A stretch of 63,530 nucleotides of DNA, filler included, from Reclinomonas americana ATCC 50394 (taxonomy: Eukaryota), in NCBI GenBank assembly GCA_048213135.1. It is 15 parts of 15 records of this genome, joined end to end, with 100 filler letters (N's around TTAATTAATTAA, not from the genome) between each part and the next. Parts side by side here need not be neighbours in the genome. Positions count along the whole stretch, not along the records: positions 34,315 to 40,097 come from AFZH01021065.1; positions 40,198 to 41,601 come from AFZH01021066.1; positions 41,702 to 45,487 come from AFZH01021067.1; positions 45,588 to 55,842 come from AFZH01021068.1; 11 more parts are not named here. One strand, 5' to 3'. How positions within the stretch are numbered: position 1 is the first letter of the stretch; every line of letters begins with the position of its first letter. Position numbers and translations under genes: made by a program. The notes under the pieces were generated by a model, which worked only from the letters and a program-made list of their open reading frames with translations, was not told the DNA's origin and ran no database searches. Below are positions 34,215 to 47,500 of the stretch, piece after piece.

Positions 34215-37200
34215 NNNNNNNNNNNNNNNNNNNNNNNNNNNNNNNNNNNNNNNNNNNNTTAATTAATTAANNNNNNNNNNNNNNNNNNNNNNNNNNNNNN
34301 NNNNNNNNNNNNNNCTCGTGGTGCTCCAACACCATTTTCGCCTGCCGCGATCGCACGCCGATTCGCCATCGCGCGCGCAGCTCCGCCCTCTCCTCCATCG
34401 ACACCGAGCTGAGTTCGGTGGGCGACGAGAGCGGCCGCCTGACCATGCGACGTACCGGCTCGCGCAGTGCCATGGCGCTCGTGTCGCCGACGAGCTCGGC
34501 CTACAGTGTCAACGCGAGCACGCCGGCGCAGGGAAATGGCGAGCCGTCGCGCTGGCGTCGGTGGCTAACGATCCCGCTGCTCAACATTTACGGGAGCGTG
34601 AAGCGCGGTTTCCAGCAGCGAGGCATGCTGATTGTGGGCCTGTGCGTTTTGTGCATTATCATTTCGGTGTCGTTGTGTGTGAGCGTCAGCGATTTGTGCT
34701 TTGCGTCGCACCCGACGCAGTTTAGCACGCGGGGGACGCGGGCGTATCATCAGGAGGCGTGCAGTTGCATGAAGGGGGAAAGGCGGTAATGAGGGGAAGG
34801 AAAAGGGGAAGGAGTAGGGGCAGTGCTGTTGGGGGAAGAACGCCATTTCTGCTGAGTGGGAAGAAAGAGATAGAGTGAGTGAGCATCGGCCCATTCTTAT
34901 TAGCTGTTTCATTTGTTCTCTTGTATCGTCAACTGTATAGTTCTCGCTGTCTTCTCTCCAAGGACCCTCAACTCAGTACAAGGTCAGCGTTTGCTGTCCT
35001 TTTGGATTGGAAGTTGTGTTGTTCCTCAACGAGGAACTGTACTTCTGTGGTGTTCCTTCCCTCTGCATTTGGTGTGAGTGTGGGAGTGGAGAGAGGAGAG
35101 GGAAGGAAACGGGAGAAGCGGGAATGAGAGAGAGTGAAAATGAGTGAGTGGGTGTGCGTGAGAGATAGGAAGAAGGGAAGGAAGAATGAGATAGAAGAGA
35201 TGAGAGAAGGAGCCAATTGGAGTGTGAGTGTTCGTGCTGTCATTCTCGGCCGTCTCTTTTGGGCTTGTCGACCCCTTGTGTTATTGCTCTCCCCAATGTT
35301 GGACATGCGTGCACTCGCTCCTGTCTGGATCCCCTCCTGATTGCTCATCTTTGCTTCTCCTTCCTCAGTTTCAGTCTGTGATAGTTCTCCGTGGCTGACC
35401 TTCATATTGCGTTACTCTCTCCGACGGTTGGTCTTTGTTGTGAGGAGAATACGGAAGAGGGAGGCTGGGAAGGAGCCTCTCATTTGTTTAGAGCCTCTCT
35501 CTCTCTTCTCATTCCCTTTCGCGTTGTATCTTTCTTTCTCTTGTAGAGATGAAGGAGAATATAGAAGAGGGAGGCTGGGAAGCAGAGCCTCTCTCTTGTT
35601 TCGAACCTCTCTCTCTCGTTTCTCTCTTCCCCGTTGATTTCCCGTTCTCTTGTAGAGATGAGAGGAGAATACAGAAGAGAGATGGGAAGAGAGAGGCTGG
35701 GAAGGAGAGCCCTCTCTCTTGTTTCGATCCTCCCTTCCCCGTTGTTTCTCCCTCTCTCCTGTCCCCTTCTCACTCATCTCCTCCCCGCAGCCGTCGGCCG
35801 CGTGTGCTACACCTACCTCACCCTTCCCGAGGACGCCCAGACGGGCATGATTGTCAACTTCCAGACCGCGGAGAAGCCGATGGATGCGCGCGTGGTGTAC
35901 AAACCGCGATATGCGGCGGGAGTGGCGGACAAGATTGCCTCGTCGGCGCCCTGTCACTGGTTCCACATGGACAACATTCACGAGGTGCAGCGGTACGTCG
36001 GTTGGTGTCATGTGACGGGTCTCACGCCGGATACCGAGTATGTTTTCGAAGTTGGTGAGTCGCGAAGAGGGAGAGGGAAAGGAGGGAGGGGAAGAGGGAG
36101 AATAGGAGAGAGACGACGAGAGAGGATGGAGGCAGTGAGAACAAGGGAGAGCATGGGAGGGAGTGTGACTCGGAGGGCACTGGAGAGAGAGAGAGGGAGA
36201 GAGAAGAAATGAGAAGTGTGGAGACGAGAAGGAGAAGTGGTCTTGGAAGAGATTAGAATGGAGGGAGAAGAAATGAGAAGAGCAAAGACGAGAAGGAGAC
36301 GTGGTCGTGGAAGAGGATTAGAATGGACTGGTAAGTTATGACAGGGAGCAAAAGAGAAGAAAAAAGTTGAAGTGAGAGAGATTGTGAAACAGAGCGACTG
36401 AGAGAGAAACAAAATGAGCAGAGATTGAAGAGAGTGCGATGGGCGAGATAATGAGAAAAGAGTGAGAGTGTGTGTACGAGACAGAGATAGAAATAAAAAG
36501 ATAAGGAGAGAACGAGAAGAGGGGAGAGAGAAGAAGTGAAAAAAGATAGTGGTGAAAGTGAGAGAGAGAGGACGAGTGCAACGATTGCGTGAGACTTTCT
36601 GCTCCTCATCAGCCGCTGACTGTTGATTGTGCGCAGAATACGAGAGCGCGAGCGAGGAGCAGAATATCATCTCGTCGACAACTGGCGTGCTGGCCACCAT
36701 GCCGACGGACAAGCCACTGCGCTTTGTTATTGGCGGAGATTATGAGTCTGCCGGGGATGGTCCAGTGGTGAGGAGCGGGGGATGTGTTGGTTTGTGAGGC
36801 ATTTGGCGGTGTGTTGATTTGTGGGATGCAGTTGTTGCAAGTGGCCGCGGCGCAGAGTCCGCATTTTATTGCCATTGGTGGGGATGTGGCGTATGACAAT
36901 GGTGCGTTTTTGGGAAGGGAGAGGGGGAAGCATGAGAAAGAGTGTGAGTGCGCTCTGTTTCCTGGTGTTGGCATTTGTTTTGTCTGCGTGTGAGAGTGCG
37001 CTCTCGTGCATCTCTGTGCATCGTCGAGGATTTATGTCTGTAATTATTAAGAGATGCCAGCTGCAGTGTTTGGCGTGTGTGGCTCTCATGCATGAGAGAA
37101 AGAGTGAGGTCCTTTGTACGGGAGTGTTCTATTTGCTCGTCGGCACTGGATGCTTGAGAAAGCATGCGCCTGTTCTTGTTTCTCTCAAGCGTTCCGTCTC

Positions 37201-39403
37201 TCAGAGGACGTGTTTGATAGTCCTCTTTTCCTTGCATGCGAGAATGTTTATTTGCTTGTGTGCGAGGATGAATCTGTCCCTGTCATTATCACTGTCCTTC
37301 TGACACGCTGTATGTTCATCTGCAGGATACTGGTGCGCAATCGGCATGCTCATTTCTCGCATGTTTTCCTCCCAACTGACTCATTCTGTCTGTGCAGCGC
37401 TTGCTATCGTCGATGGGATGACTGGTTCGACATTTGGACCAAGGTTTGTTGGGAGAGACAATCTCGGCAGTGAGGAAATGTGAGTTACAAATGTTATGCT
37501 GCTTTGAGAGGAATGTGTGTGTTGCTGCGAGCGATGGACTCTGCACCTTCGTTTCTTCTTCCATTCGTCATGCGCCACTCGTTAGACTCTTCTCTGTTCT
37601 TTGTTTGTCTGGCGATGGCAGTGTGCATGCTGTTGGCGTGACAAACGTGATTGTTGCTGAGAAGCTGCATCTGCTGCTTCTGTTGTTCATCCTTTTGTCG
37701 GCAGCGACAACCCTCAGAGATTGCTCTCTTCTATTTTGACAGTGTGCTTGAAGCAATGAGTGGAATATGGGTCGCAGAGACTGATTGTTTGGGATTGGGT
37801 CTGTGAATTCCTTGGTCCTTTCTTCCAGAGACGCTACTCTTCTCTGTTTGCACTTATGAAAGAGCCAACTCTGGCATTCGTGCTTGCGCTCTTGACTGCA
37901 TCATATGCGCTCACCCCTCCCTTCCCCTCATTTTGCAGGCCGCCGTCACTCCCGCTGGTGTCATGGTACATCCGCCCCCTCCTTGCCTCCTCCTTTTGCC
38001 ATCTCCTCTGTTCATTTCCTCTTCCGCACCATCAGATCCCCTTTGTCGGCACCTACGGCAACCACGAAGCCGGCGGCTGGGGCATGCGACGCAGCAACGT
38101 GCCCTTCTACACATACTATTTTGCGCAGTCGTCGTCGTACTCGTCCACGCCGGTGGAGCGCACGCAGGCCGATGTTATGGCCGAGCGGGAGACGCACCAC
38201 CATCATCGGTCAGTTATTGTTGCGGACGAGCAATGTCTGGGGCTTCTCATTCATTTATCTTTGAGTAGAGTGGCGGACCACACAATATTCTTCGCGCTGG
38301 ACTCGGGCATGCTGGAGGTGCCCGACAGTGGCGCTGCCTATGTTGACAGGATGGTACACCCCGCGAGCATTGTTGTGATCTCCCTCTAGCACACACTTTC
38401 TCTCTATTCATTCTCTCTCTCTCTCTCTGTGTGTGTGTTTCTCTTTTTCTTTCTCTTCCTCTTCCTCTCTCTCCATATCCTTCTCTTTCTCTCGCTTTCT
38501 ATCTCACTCACTTTTCACTTAAACTCTCTTTCTCTCCCTTTTCTCTTTCTCATTCAAGTACTTTCTATCTCTTTCTCTTTCTTTCTCGCTCTTTCTCTCT
38601 CTTTCTCTCTTTTTCTTTCTGTCTCTCTTTTCTCTCAGTCTCTCTTTCTCTCTCTTTATTTCTCTTTCTCTCTTTGTTCATCTGTCTCTTTCTCTCTTTC
38701 TCTGTCGCTCGTTCTCTGTCTTTCTCGCTGTGTGTGTGTCTCTCTCTCTCTTTCTGCCTCTCACTCTCTCTCTCTCTCCTTCTCTCTTTCTCTCTCTATC
38801 TCTCTCTTGTTCTTTCTTTTTCTCAACCACATTCTCGCGTTCCCTCCCTTTCTCCCCCTCTCTCTCTCACCATATCTCTCTCCCTTTTTCTCCCTTTCTC
38901 ACTCTCCTCTCCGTTTCTCCCTTTCTCTCCCTTTCTCACTCTCCTCTCCCTTTCTCTCCCTTTCTCTCCCTGTCTCCCTTTCTCTCCCTTTCTCACTCTC
39001 CTCTCTCACTGCGCGCAGGTGACGCAAAAGTTCTCGTCAGTGGCCAACAAGATGGCCATGTATCACATGCCGATTTACTCGACGGTGTGGTGGCATGTGA
39101 TGTTCCCGGAGATGCGCAAGATCTGGGGCGATGTGTTTGACAAGTTGCGCGGTCGTGGATGGTCGATGTACCTCTTTGAAATTGACATTTGCGCTTCGTG
39201 GACAGGCACCAGATAACGCTGGCGGCGGAGAATCACGTGCACGCCTTCAAGCGCACGTTCCCGATCCGCAATCAGGAGGTGCTGCCGGTGGGTGATGCGT
39301 CGGGCACGGTGTACATTGGTGACGGCGCGTTTGGCCTCAAGCCGCGCACGCCCGAGTTGCTGGATGGGGATGAAAAGTACTTTGCGAAGCTGGGGAGTTA
39401 TGA
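34032..39403 (+). CDS. Purple acid phosphatase-like metallophosphoesterase with N-terminal transmembrane anchor and FN3-like domain (3' end lost in gap)
   Basis: Exons carry the metallophosphoesterase motifs FVIGGD (36720-36740), GGDVAYDN (36877-36900), GNHEAGG (38057-38077), MAMYH (39051-39066) and ENHVHAFKRTFPI...VYIGDGAFG (39228-39335). FN3-like HVTGLTPDTEYVFEVG at 36008-36054; TM segment GMLIVGLCVLCIIISVSLC at 34622-34678. The first exon (34032-34115) lies before a gap, so its assignment to this gene is less sure. Confidence 0.85.
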
Positions 39404-40608
39404 GTTGCGTGGGGAGGGGAAGGGTAGAGAGGGGAAGGAGGGGGGAAGGAAGACAAGGGATTGATATTCAGCGTCTGCTTCTGTTGTTACTCTTCTGTGA
39501 ATTATTTCATTTTTTGTTTCCAATCACTTTGTCTCTCTGGTTCTTGCCTGGGTTATGCATATTTTGCATGTTGGCCGCTCATCCGTGCTTACTCTCCTTC
39601 ATGACTGCTTGCTGTGTCTTAGTCACTGAAGTCTTGTATGTATTTGTCTCTCGTCATTTTCTGGTTCTCTCTGCTGTCATTACTCTGCCTTCTTGTCTTC
39701 CTCATGCGTTCATAGTGTACACTTCCCGTCCCCACCACCTGTGACTTCTGACTCTCGTCTTCGATCTCTGTATTCTCCTTCGTGCATCAGTACTCTCTTT
39801 CCTCATCACTCAGCGTGTGAGTTGACTCTTGTCTCTTGCATTGTTCCGTTTCTCAAATCATAGTTGCTGCGTCTCATCTCAAGCGTTACTCCCTCTTTCA
39901 TCGCTCTCTGCTTCGTGCACGATTCCTTTCCTTTCCATGTATTCAGTGCATGCTTGTCTCCTGTCTCACTGATCACTCTTTCCTTCTTATCCGTCTCTGC
40001 GTGTCACTCAGCTCAATCGTGCTTGGTGTGATTCTCTCTCTCTCTTCCTGTGCTCCATTCCTCTCGCTGTGCTCCATTCCTCTCGCTATTCTCCATTNNN
40101 NNNNNNNNNNNNNNNNNNNNNNNNNNNNNNNNNNNNNNNNNTTAATTAATTAANNNNNNNNNNNNNNNNNNNNNNNNNNNNNNNNNNNNNNNNNNNNATG
40201 TCCCCTCCGCAGTACCAGCCACTCGGTTCCGCCAGATACAGATGAGAGAAGGAAAAAATGTACCAACACATGTCACATGTACCACGAAAACCCCTCAAAA
40301 CTTTACCGCCGTAAGAGCAAAACAAATCACACAAAATGCTACAAGATCACACACACACACAATGGGTCGTCGACTCAACAATCGACAGCGTCCGCGCAAG
40401 TCCTCCGCAGAACGTAACAGGCATGCCGATGAAAGGAAAATATAAGGAAAAAAGAAACAGTTCTTATGCACACAAAGAGTTATAAAAAAAAAGGAGAGAC
40501 TCAAAACTTTTGGACTGCACGGCATCCACGCGAAACATACACGGATGTGATGGAAATAAATGCGAGAATACAACAACAAACAACAACAGACGAAACACAC
40601 ACACACAC

Positions 40609-43198
40609 TCAATAGTAGGAGAAGCAGTCCCAGAAATCGTTGCTTTCGTCTCCCTCGTGCTCCACCGACAGTGTGCAGTCGTCGGCCGACAAGTGGAACG
40701 CGTCCAAGAAGCGTGCCAGCAGTCCTTGCGTGACAACATCTGCGTGGAAACAGCAAGAGCATAAGCGACAGCCGATGAAGAGATAAAAAGTAGAATCGCC
40801 ATTCTCCCCGCACCTTCGTCACCCGAGAGCGGGAAGCCGGCGCCGACCCACAGGAACACGTGCAGCGGCACTTGCGGGTCGCGTGAGTCCTCCGCCACGT
40901 TGTCGTTGGTCACCACAAACACCGATTCGGTCAGCAGGTCGTCCTGGTCAAACATGGACAGCGGTTCCCACTCGTCGTCGTCGCCGTCGGGCGAGAACAT
41001 GTACATCTGCGGGCGGCCGAGTGGCAGTCCAGTGCTGTCACCAGCACCATCTTCCTGCTCCACGTCCTCCGCCATGGCTGTGACCTCGCCTGCACCATCC
41101 TCCTCCGGTTCCTGTTTTATGCAAAATAGTGAGTGATGAGGGGGGAATACAAATTAAGAGGAAAATGGGAGGGAAAAAAACTCACCGGCGTGTACTCCTT
41201 GTCGTAGTCGGGAATGGCGTTGACCACTCGAATCTGGTCGCGATCGGCAGGCAGCAAGCCAATGTGGCGCACGGCCTCCAACTGCAACGCTGTCGTCGGT
41301 TGCTCGTGCACTGGCACTATGGTGGCCGACAGCTTGAGCAGACGCTGGAACCGCTCAGCAACCTGCTCGGCACGCTCCGGGTACCCATGGATAGCGTCGC
41401 GTCCAATCCACACCACAATGTACGGGCATGCATGTCTCCAGAACACGTATGCCGTCCTCCGGTCCAGCGTGACATCGCTGGCCTTGTCCTGTGATGCACA
41501 CACCCAAAGGAGTTAGCATCATTCTTCATGACGCTCGTGTATTCAGCACAAATAACTTGCTCACCTTGACCAGCTTGACGACAACATCGTTGCGGTACTG
41601 CNNNNNNNNNNNNNNNNNNNNNNNNNNNNNNNNNNNNNNNNNNNNTTAATTAATTAANNNNNNNNNNNNNNNNNNNNNNNNNNNNNNNNNNNNNNNNNNN
41701 NACGCCCACTGGACCTGGGCCGCTGTTGCCGACGCCCTTCAGTGGCGGCACAATCGACGGTATGCTGGAGCCACCCGACGATGACGACGATGACGATGAG
41801 ACGGAGGAAGGGACGGTGGAGGAGGCGGTGGAGGAAGGCGGCGCCGCATTGGGTGGTGCGTCGAGTACGAATGCGCCAGGCGAGATCTGAATGTCGTCGT
41901 CAAACAGCGTGTGCAGGCCGACCTGTTCGCCCAGCAACGCCGCCGACTGCGGCTCCTTCACGGACATGAGTGAGTCGCTCTGCCGTGGTGTGCTGCCGGT
42001 GAAGAGGCACTCGGCCAGGTGTTGCGGATCGCGCAAGAACAGTCGCTCCAACTCAAAGCCGCGAGTCAAGCACGTGGCCTTGGTCAGCGCCAGTGACTTG
42101 CGTCCGTTCCACACGTACATGTCGTGCACGTATTTGCACGAGTCATCTGCGCCAGACATGGGCTGTTGCAAAACAGGGGAGGGGAGAGTGAGATTGCTGT
42201 TGACAGAAGATGAGAGGACGAGAGGATGGCGACGAAACCTGGTGCTTCCCACTGAGAATCCAGTCCTTCTCGCGATGAATAAAGTAGGGGTCGGTAGTCC
42301 ACCCGCAAAATGTGTTCTTGAGGCCGCGCGGGGTCAGATTCTGTGCCGACGAGCGCACCAAGAACGACATGAGGCGCTGCGAGTTGGCTGCCGCCTGTGA
42401 TGCACTGTCGGCATCCGCGTCCTCCACCGAGTGCGCCGAGTTGGGTGGCGAAGGCGTGTGCGGCGAGTTGAGCGGTGAGCGGGGTGTCGGCTCGCCACTC
42501 GACGCCGACCGGAACGATACCGGGGCAGCGCCGGCTGCCAGCTGTCGTGGCGTCGCGCCACCCGACGCTGTCGACGTGGTGGGCACCGGTGCCGCGCCTC
42601 TTGACACGGCAGCGGCAAACGACGAGTTGAAACGCGCGGCCGCCGCCGCCGCGTTCCCACCCATTGAGTAGAACGGCATGGCACCGCCACCGCCGCCACC
42701 CATCGCACCGAAAAAGCCGCCCATTGAACCGACGCCACCACCACCGCCAGTGCCACCACCGCCTAGTGACACAAAGTCGCTGTTGCCGCCCAATATCCGC
42801 TCGAGGCGACCACCACTCAACTCGTACACGTGCAACACAATAAAACACTCGTGGGGATCAAAGCCGCCGCTAAACGTGCTGAGGTCGACCGGCGCCACAC
42901 GCACGTCCGTGTCGTCTCCCGGTGGTGTGTAGAACCGCCATGCCTGTGGAGGGAGGGAGGGAGGGAGAGGGTGAGGGTGAGGAGAGAACCAAAAAACTCC
43001 CAGCCACATCGGATGTTATCTGTCGACGAATCTCACACACGGCTTTTCGATTCTCTCGCTCGCTCACTCACTCGTGCACTCTCTACGCTACAGCAGCCAC
43101 CAGAGACGCAGACACGAGCATGATGCGGAAGAGGGGGAGGTGATGAAGAGAATGCGTTGAATCTTTCATCAACATTTCTGCGGCCAACAATGCGAGAA

Positions 43199-43232
<34 letters not shown>

Positions 43233-44084
43233 GCACTGCTGTGTCGCCTTGATGTAGAACAGATAGACAGACACACACACACGCACACCACCAACAACCA
43301 GACACAAAAGCAGACAAACAGGATTGAATCTTTCATCCTCGCTAAGTGCGTGTGTCCACGAGTGCACGTGTGAACAAGCACAAGCCCACACGAAACAACG
43401 CGTCGCACAACAACCAATCGCGCGCGCGTCGCATCATCATCGCCACATGCGTAGAGAGCCGACCAAACCGCACACACGCCATCTCCAACCTCCCACACAC
43501 AAACCCACACACCCACTTGTCTCACGCTCTCTCTCTCTCCCTCCCTCTCCGCCCATCCAGCCACTGACCTTGATATTCGAGCGAAACTGTGGTGGCGCTG
43601 ACGACGAGCTTCGTCGTTTCCCGTGCTGCACCACTGCTCCCCCCGCATGATGTTGCTGTTGTTGTTGTTGTGATGACGCAGCACCTCCCCCACTCATCAA
43701 CAACTCCAAGCGCGGCACACGCACTCCACTGCCAGTGGTCGCCGACGACGCAGCAGAAGATGACATGGCCGACGAGGCCAACGTGCCACCTTGACCGACA
43801 CTGCCCTGCTGCTGCGTGCCTGGTGACGACGATGACGATGATGACGAGGACGAGGAGAGCGCGTCCTTGCCACTCTGTACGGCCGAAGGAAATGACAAGA
43901 GTGGCACTGCTGAGATGACCGTTGAGGAGCCGCTCGCACTCAATGATGAGGAACCGCCATTGGCCGCGGCCGTTGCTGCCGTGGTCGTGGTCGACGACGA
44001 GGCCGATGAGGTCTCCAAGTGGACCAGCTTGGTCAGCGTGGCGAGCTCACATGGGTGCCGGTCGACACTGATTTCCGCACCCAT
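40609..44084 (-). CDS. Gelsolin/villin-like repeat protein, possibly a plant-MKP1-type MAPK phosphatase with the middle hidden in the 41602-41701 gap
   Basis: Starts MGAEISVDR (44084). Gelsolin-like motifs: FDPHECFIVLHVYE...HDMYVWNGRKS; TLDRRTAYVFW...IVVWIGRDA; FDQDDLLTESVFVV...VFLWVGAGF...EHEGDESNDFWDCFSYY* (stop 40609-40611). Introns are GT-AG. Confidence 0.7.
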
Positions 44085-44574
44085 GGTGTCTTTGAGTGTG
44101 TGTGAGAGTGTGCGTGATGGGTCGATGGAGTGGACGGTCGAATGTAATGGCACTTTGGTCAAAGTGGTTTTTGTGGGTGGTTTTTTGCGCGGATTGTGAT
44201 GGGAATAATGGGAGAGAATGCTCTCTCCACAGCAAGTAGCTTAATCGGCGTGCGAAGGTGATCGCGTGACCTTTTCTTGAGAACGTGCAAGAGATCAATG
44301 GAGTGGACGGTGGAAAGCACTCTCCATCAGCGTGGCCTCCCATGGCTTGCCTGCAACGAGGATTTGTATGCGAATGATGCCTCCGTGGTGAGCAGCTGTG
44401 CACCGGCGTCGGGAATGACGATCTTTAGACTTTACATGCGGACCGATGAAGTGGACGGTGGAAAAGCACTTCGATCGACGCGCTTGCGGAGAGAGCAAGT
44501 CAGCGGCGCGCGCACACACACAGCGATCGACGAGAAGAGTTTAGAGTTCGAGGGTGTGTCTGTGTGTGCCTGTG

Positions 44575-47500
44575 ATGTTGGGTGGGAATGATCGACGTCG
44601 GCGAGAGCTGTTCCGCGCGTTGCGGCACCCGCTGAGTGAGCAAGAGATTCGTGAGCAGCTGCGACAGCGCATGTCGGGAGTGGATGGTGCACCTGCAACA
44701 CCAACATCATCATCGCTGCTGTCGCCCAAGACACCGAGCAAGTCTGTGGGATTGGTGTCGGTGGCAAAGTTGCTGTCGATGCGGGCCCGCTCGCCAGTCG
44801 CGCAGAGGGCTGTTGCATCGTCGCGACTGCCGCAGCAGCCGACTCCACCGCCACCAGTGGGTGCTGGAGCAGAGGTGCCTCGTGGCAGTGCTGTGGTGCA
44901 GGTTGGTGTCGAGAGTTGCATCAGCAGTTTTCAGAGGCCCGCTGACTGACCGATGATCATCTCTGCGCGCAGCAACGTGGCGAGGACGCCAGCGAGGATA
45001 TTAGCAGTGTGCGTGGCGATGATGATCCGCTGTCCTCTGACGATGGAGACGCGATGGAGATGGTGATTGAGGAGGTGGTGTCGCCGCCGGCGTTGCCGCC
45101 GAGTGAGCCGCCGGTGGTGCAGGCGCCGCTGATCCGCGCCGAACCGACACCACCGCGCAAGTTGATTCTGGGGTCGGTGGCGGCGGCGGCGGTGGCGGCC
45201 GTGTCTGGCGGTGGGAGCAGCAGCAGTCCGGTCGGAAGGCGGCGTGTGGACGATGTGCCACCGCTGTGCTTCACGATTACGCCGCCAACACCGCTGGCCG
45301 ACGCCAGCAGCAGCAGGCCACAGCCACCACTGCCACCACCACAACAACGGCAGCAGCAGCAGCAACAACAGCAGCAGCAGCAACAGCCTCCTTCGCGACG
45401 ACAGCCACCGCCACCGCAACGACCGCAGTCGCCACCGCGATCGAAACCGGTCACCAGGCCGCCGGTCCCTCAGAATCGGTCGCCGCCNNNNNNNNNNNNN
45501 NNNNNNNNNNNNNNNNNNNNNNNNNNNNNNNTTAATTAATTAANNNNNNNNNNNNNNNNNNNNNNNNNNNNNNNNNNNNNNNNNNNNCTGGCTGGAGCAG
45601 CAGCTGAGCAACCACCAGCGCCAACTGGCATCGCTGCTCACTCAACAACAACAACAACAGCAGCAGATGCAGTCGCCGTCGCGTGAGATTGAGCGCATTA
45701 CCCGCACGCAACAGCAGCAGATTGCCGAGTTGCTGCGCGAATTGCGGCGACAGCAGGCACTCCTGCAGCGCGAGCTGGAACACCAGGAGATGCTGACTCG
45801 TATTCGCGACGAGGAACTCATGCATGCGCGTCGTCGCGAGGCCGAGGATATGCGCTCACATCACATGGAGGACCAGCGGCGCTTGTACGAGCAGCTGGAG
45901 AAGTTGACGGAACGACTCGACCGACTGCCGGCCGGCTCGCCCACCGACGCCCAGTTCCGGCGGGAGGTCGAGGATCTGGAGCAGCGCATTCGCTCGCAGC
46001 AGCAATTCTTTGAGCAGCAGTTGCAGACACGCCGCCGCTCCACGTCACCGCCCGGACGATCGCAGTCGCCGACCAACAGCAGTTCACCGGCGTCGTCGTC
46101 GACGCTGGTCACTCCGCCTTCTAACGCACGTCCCGCGCGCTCTCCGTCCGTGTCGTCGGTGCCGAAGCTGTCGCTCGAGGACATGTACAAGGCGCTGAGT
46201 GAGGGTGGTGCGGCCGCCGGTGCCGTCAACCTGTCGAAATTCAAGAGTCGCAGTTCGACGCCCGTCGCCGTGCCCTCACCGCCGCCGCCGCCACCACCAG
46301 CACAGCAGGCACGACAGCCGCCACCGCCACCGACGCGAAGTGATGACAGGCCGCAGGTGGTGACCACGGGGACGCTGAGGGGAAGAGGTGCGATGGGGGG
46401 AAGGGGATATGGGGAGGGAGGGGGGAGGGGAGGGGAAAGAGAGCAGAAAAAGAAGACACTGGATTCTGCTTTGCGTCAGGGGTTGAAACTAGGCGAGAGA
46501 GGATGTTGTTGTGGTAACTTTCACGTCTGCAGCGGAGAGTGGAAGAGAAAGAGAGCGTGAGATAGAGGGGGATGAGAGATGGAAGGTGTGTGGATATTGA
46601 TTGCACTGTTGGTGATTCGCTTTGCATTAAGGATTGAAGAAAGAAGAGAGAAAGAAGATTGCTGTGCACTCCTTGACAGAAGGAGGGTTGAGGAGAAAGG
46701 CAAGAGAGAGTGAAGAGAGACAGAGGGTATGATTTGTTGTTGGTGCGAGTAGTCTGTTCTTACTCGAGTGGAGGTTGACGGAGACGGTGAAAGATTGTTG
46801 ACTGGTGATTCTGGCTGCATGGCAGAGGAGACTGGAGGGGAAAGGAAGAGGGAGGGAGATGATTGCAATCATAGAGAGATGTGAGTGGAGAGATTGGCTT
46901 TATTTCTTTCTGTCTCGGAGGAGAAGTGAGAACGGCGGAGAGATGAGTGATGAGATGTGACAGAGGGAGAGAAATAGGAAGAATATTGTTCCTGGTGTCA
47001 ACAGACATATGCGAGAAGAGAAAGTTGAAGAGATAAGAAGACTATTGTCGGTTGTTGATTCACTGCGTTGCTGACTGGGGAGAGAGAGAATTGTTGTTGC
47101 CTCTGGTGACTTACTCTTCATGTGCAGCTGTGGAGAACGTGCTCGAGTTGACGGCGGTGGGCCAGCAACAGCAGAGCCCTGCGCGCCCCTCCGATGAGAC
47201 CACAACTTCGCTGCACCAGATGCTCCACAATCTCAGTGGTGTGGAAGGCATGGACGAGGAGGTGGTGGTTGTGGCACCGGCGCAGCAGCAGCCGCCGCCA
47301 CAGCCGCCAGCAGACACCGAGCGCCGACTGCGAGAGGAGATCGCAGTCACCGAGGCGAAACTGCGAGCGCTGTCACACTCGGCGCTTCAGGAGCCGCCGC
47401 CACCAAGCCTGGCCGATGGGCACGAACATGCGGCACAGACAGAGAGTGCCTCGTCGCCCAAGCTGCTCGCACAGGCCGAGAGTGCGCTTTCGCGTACGCA

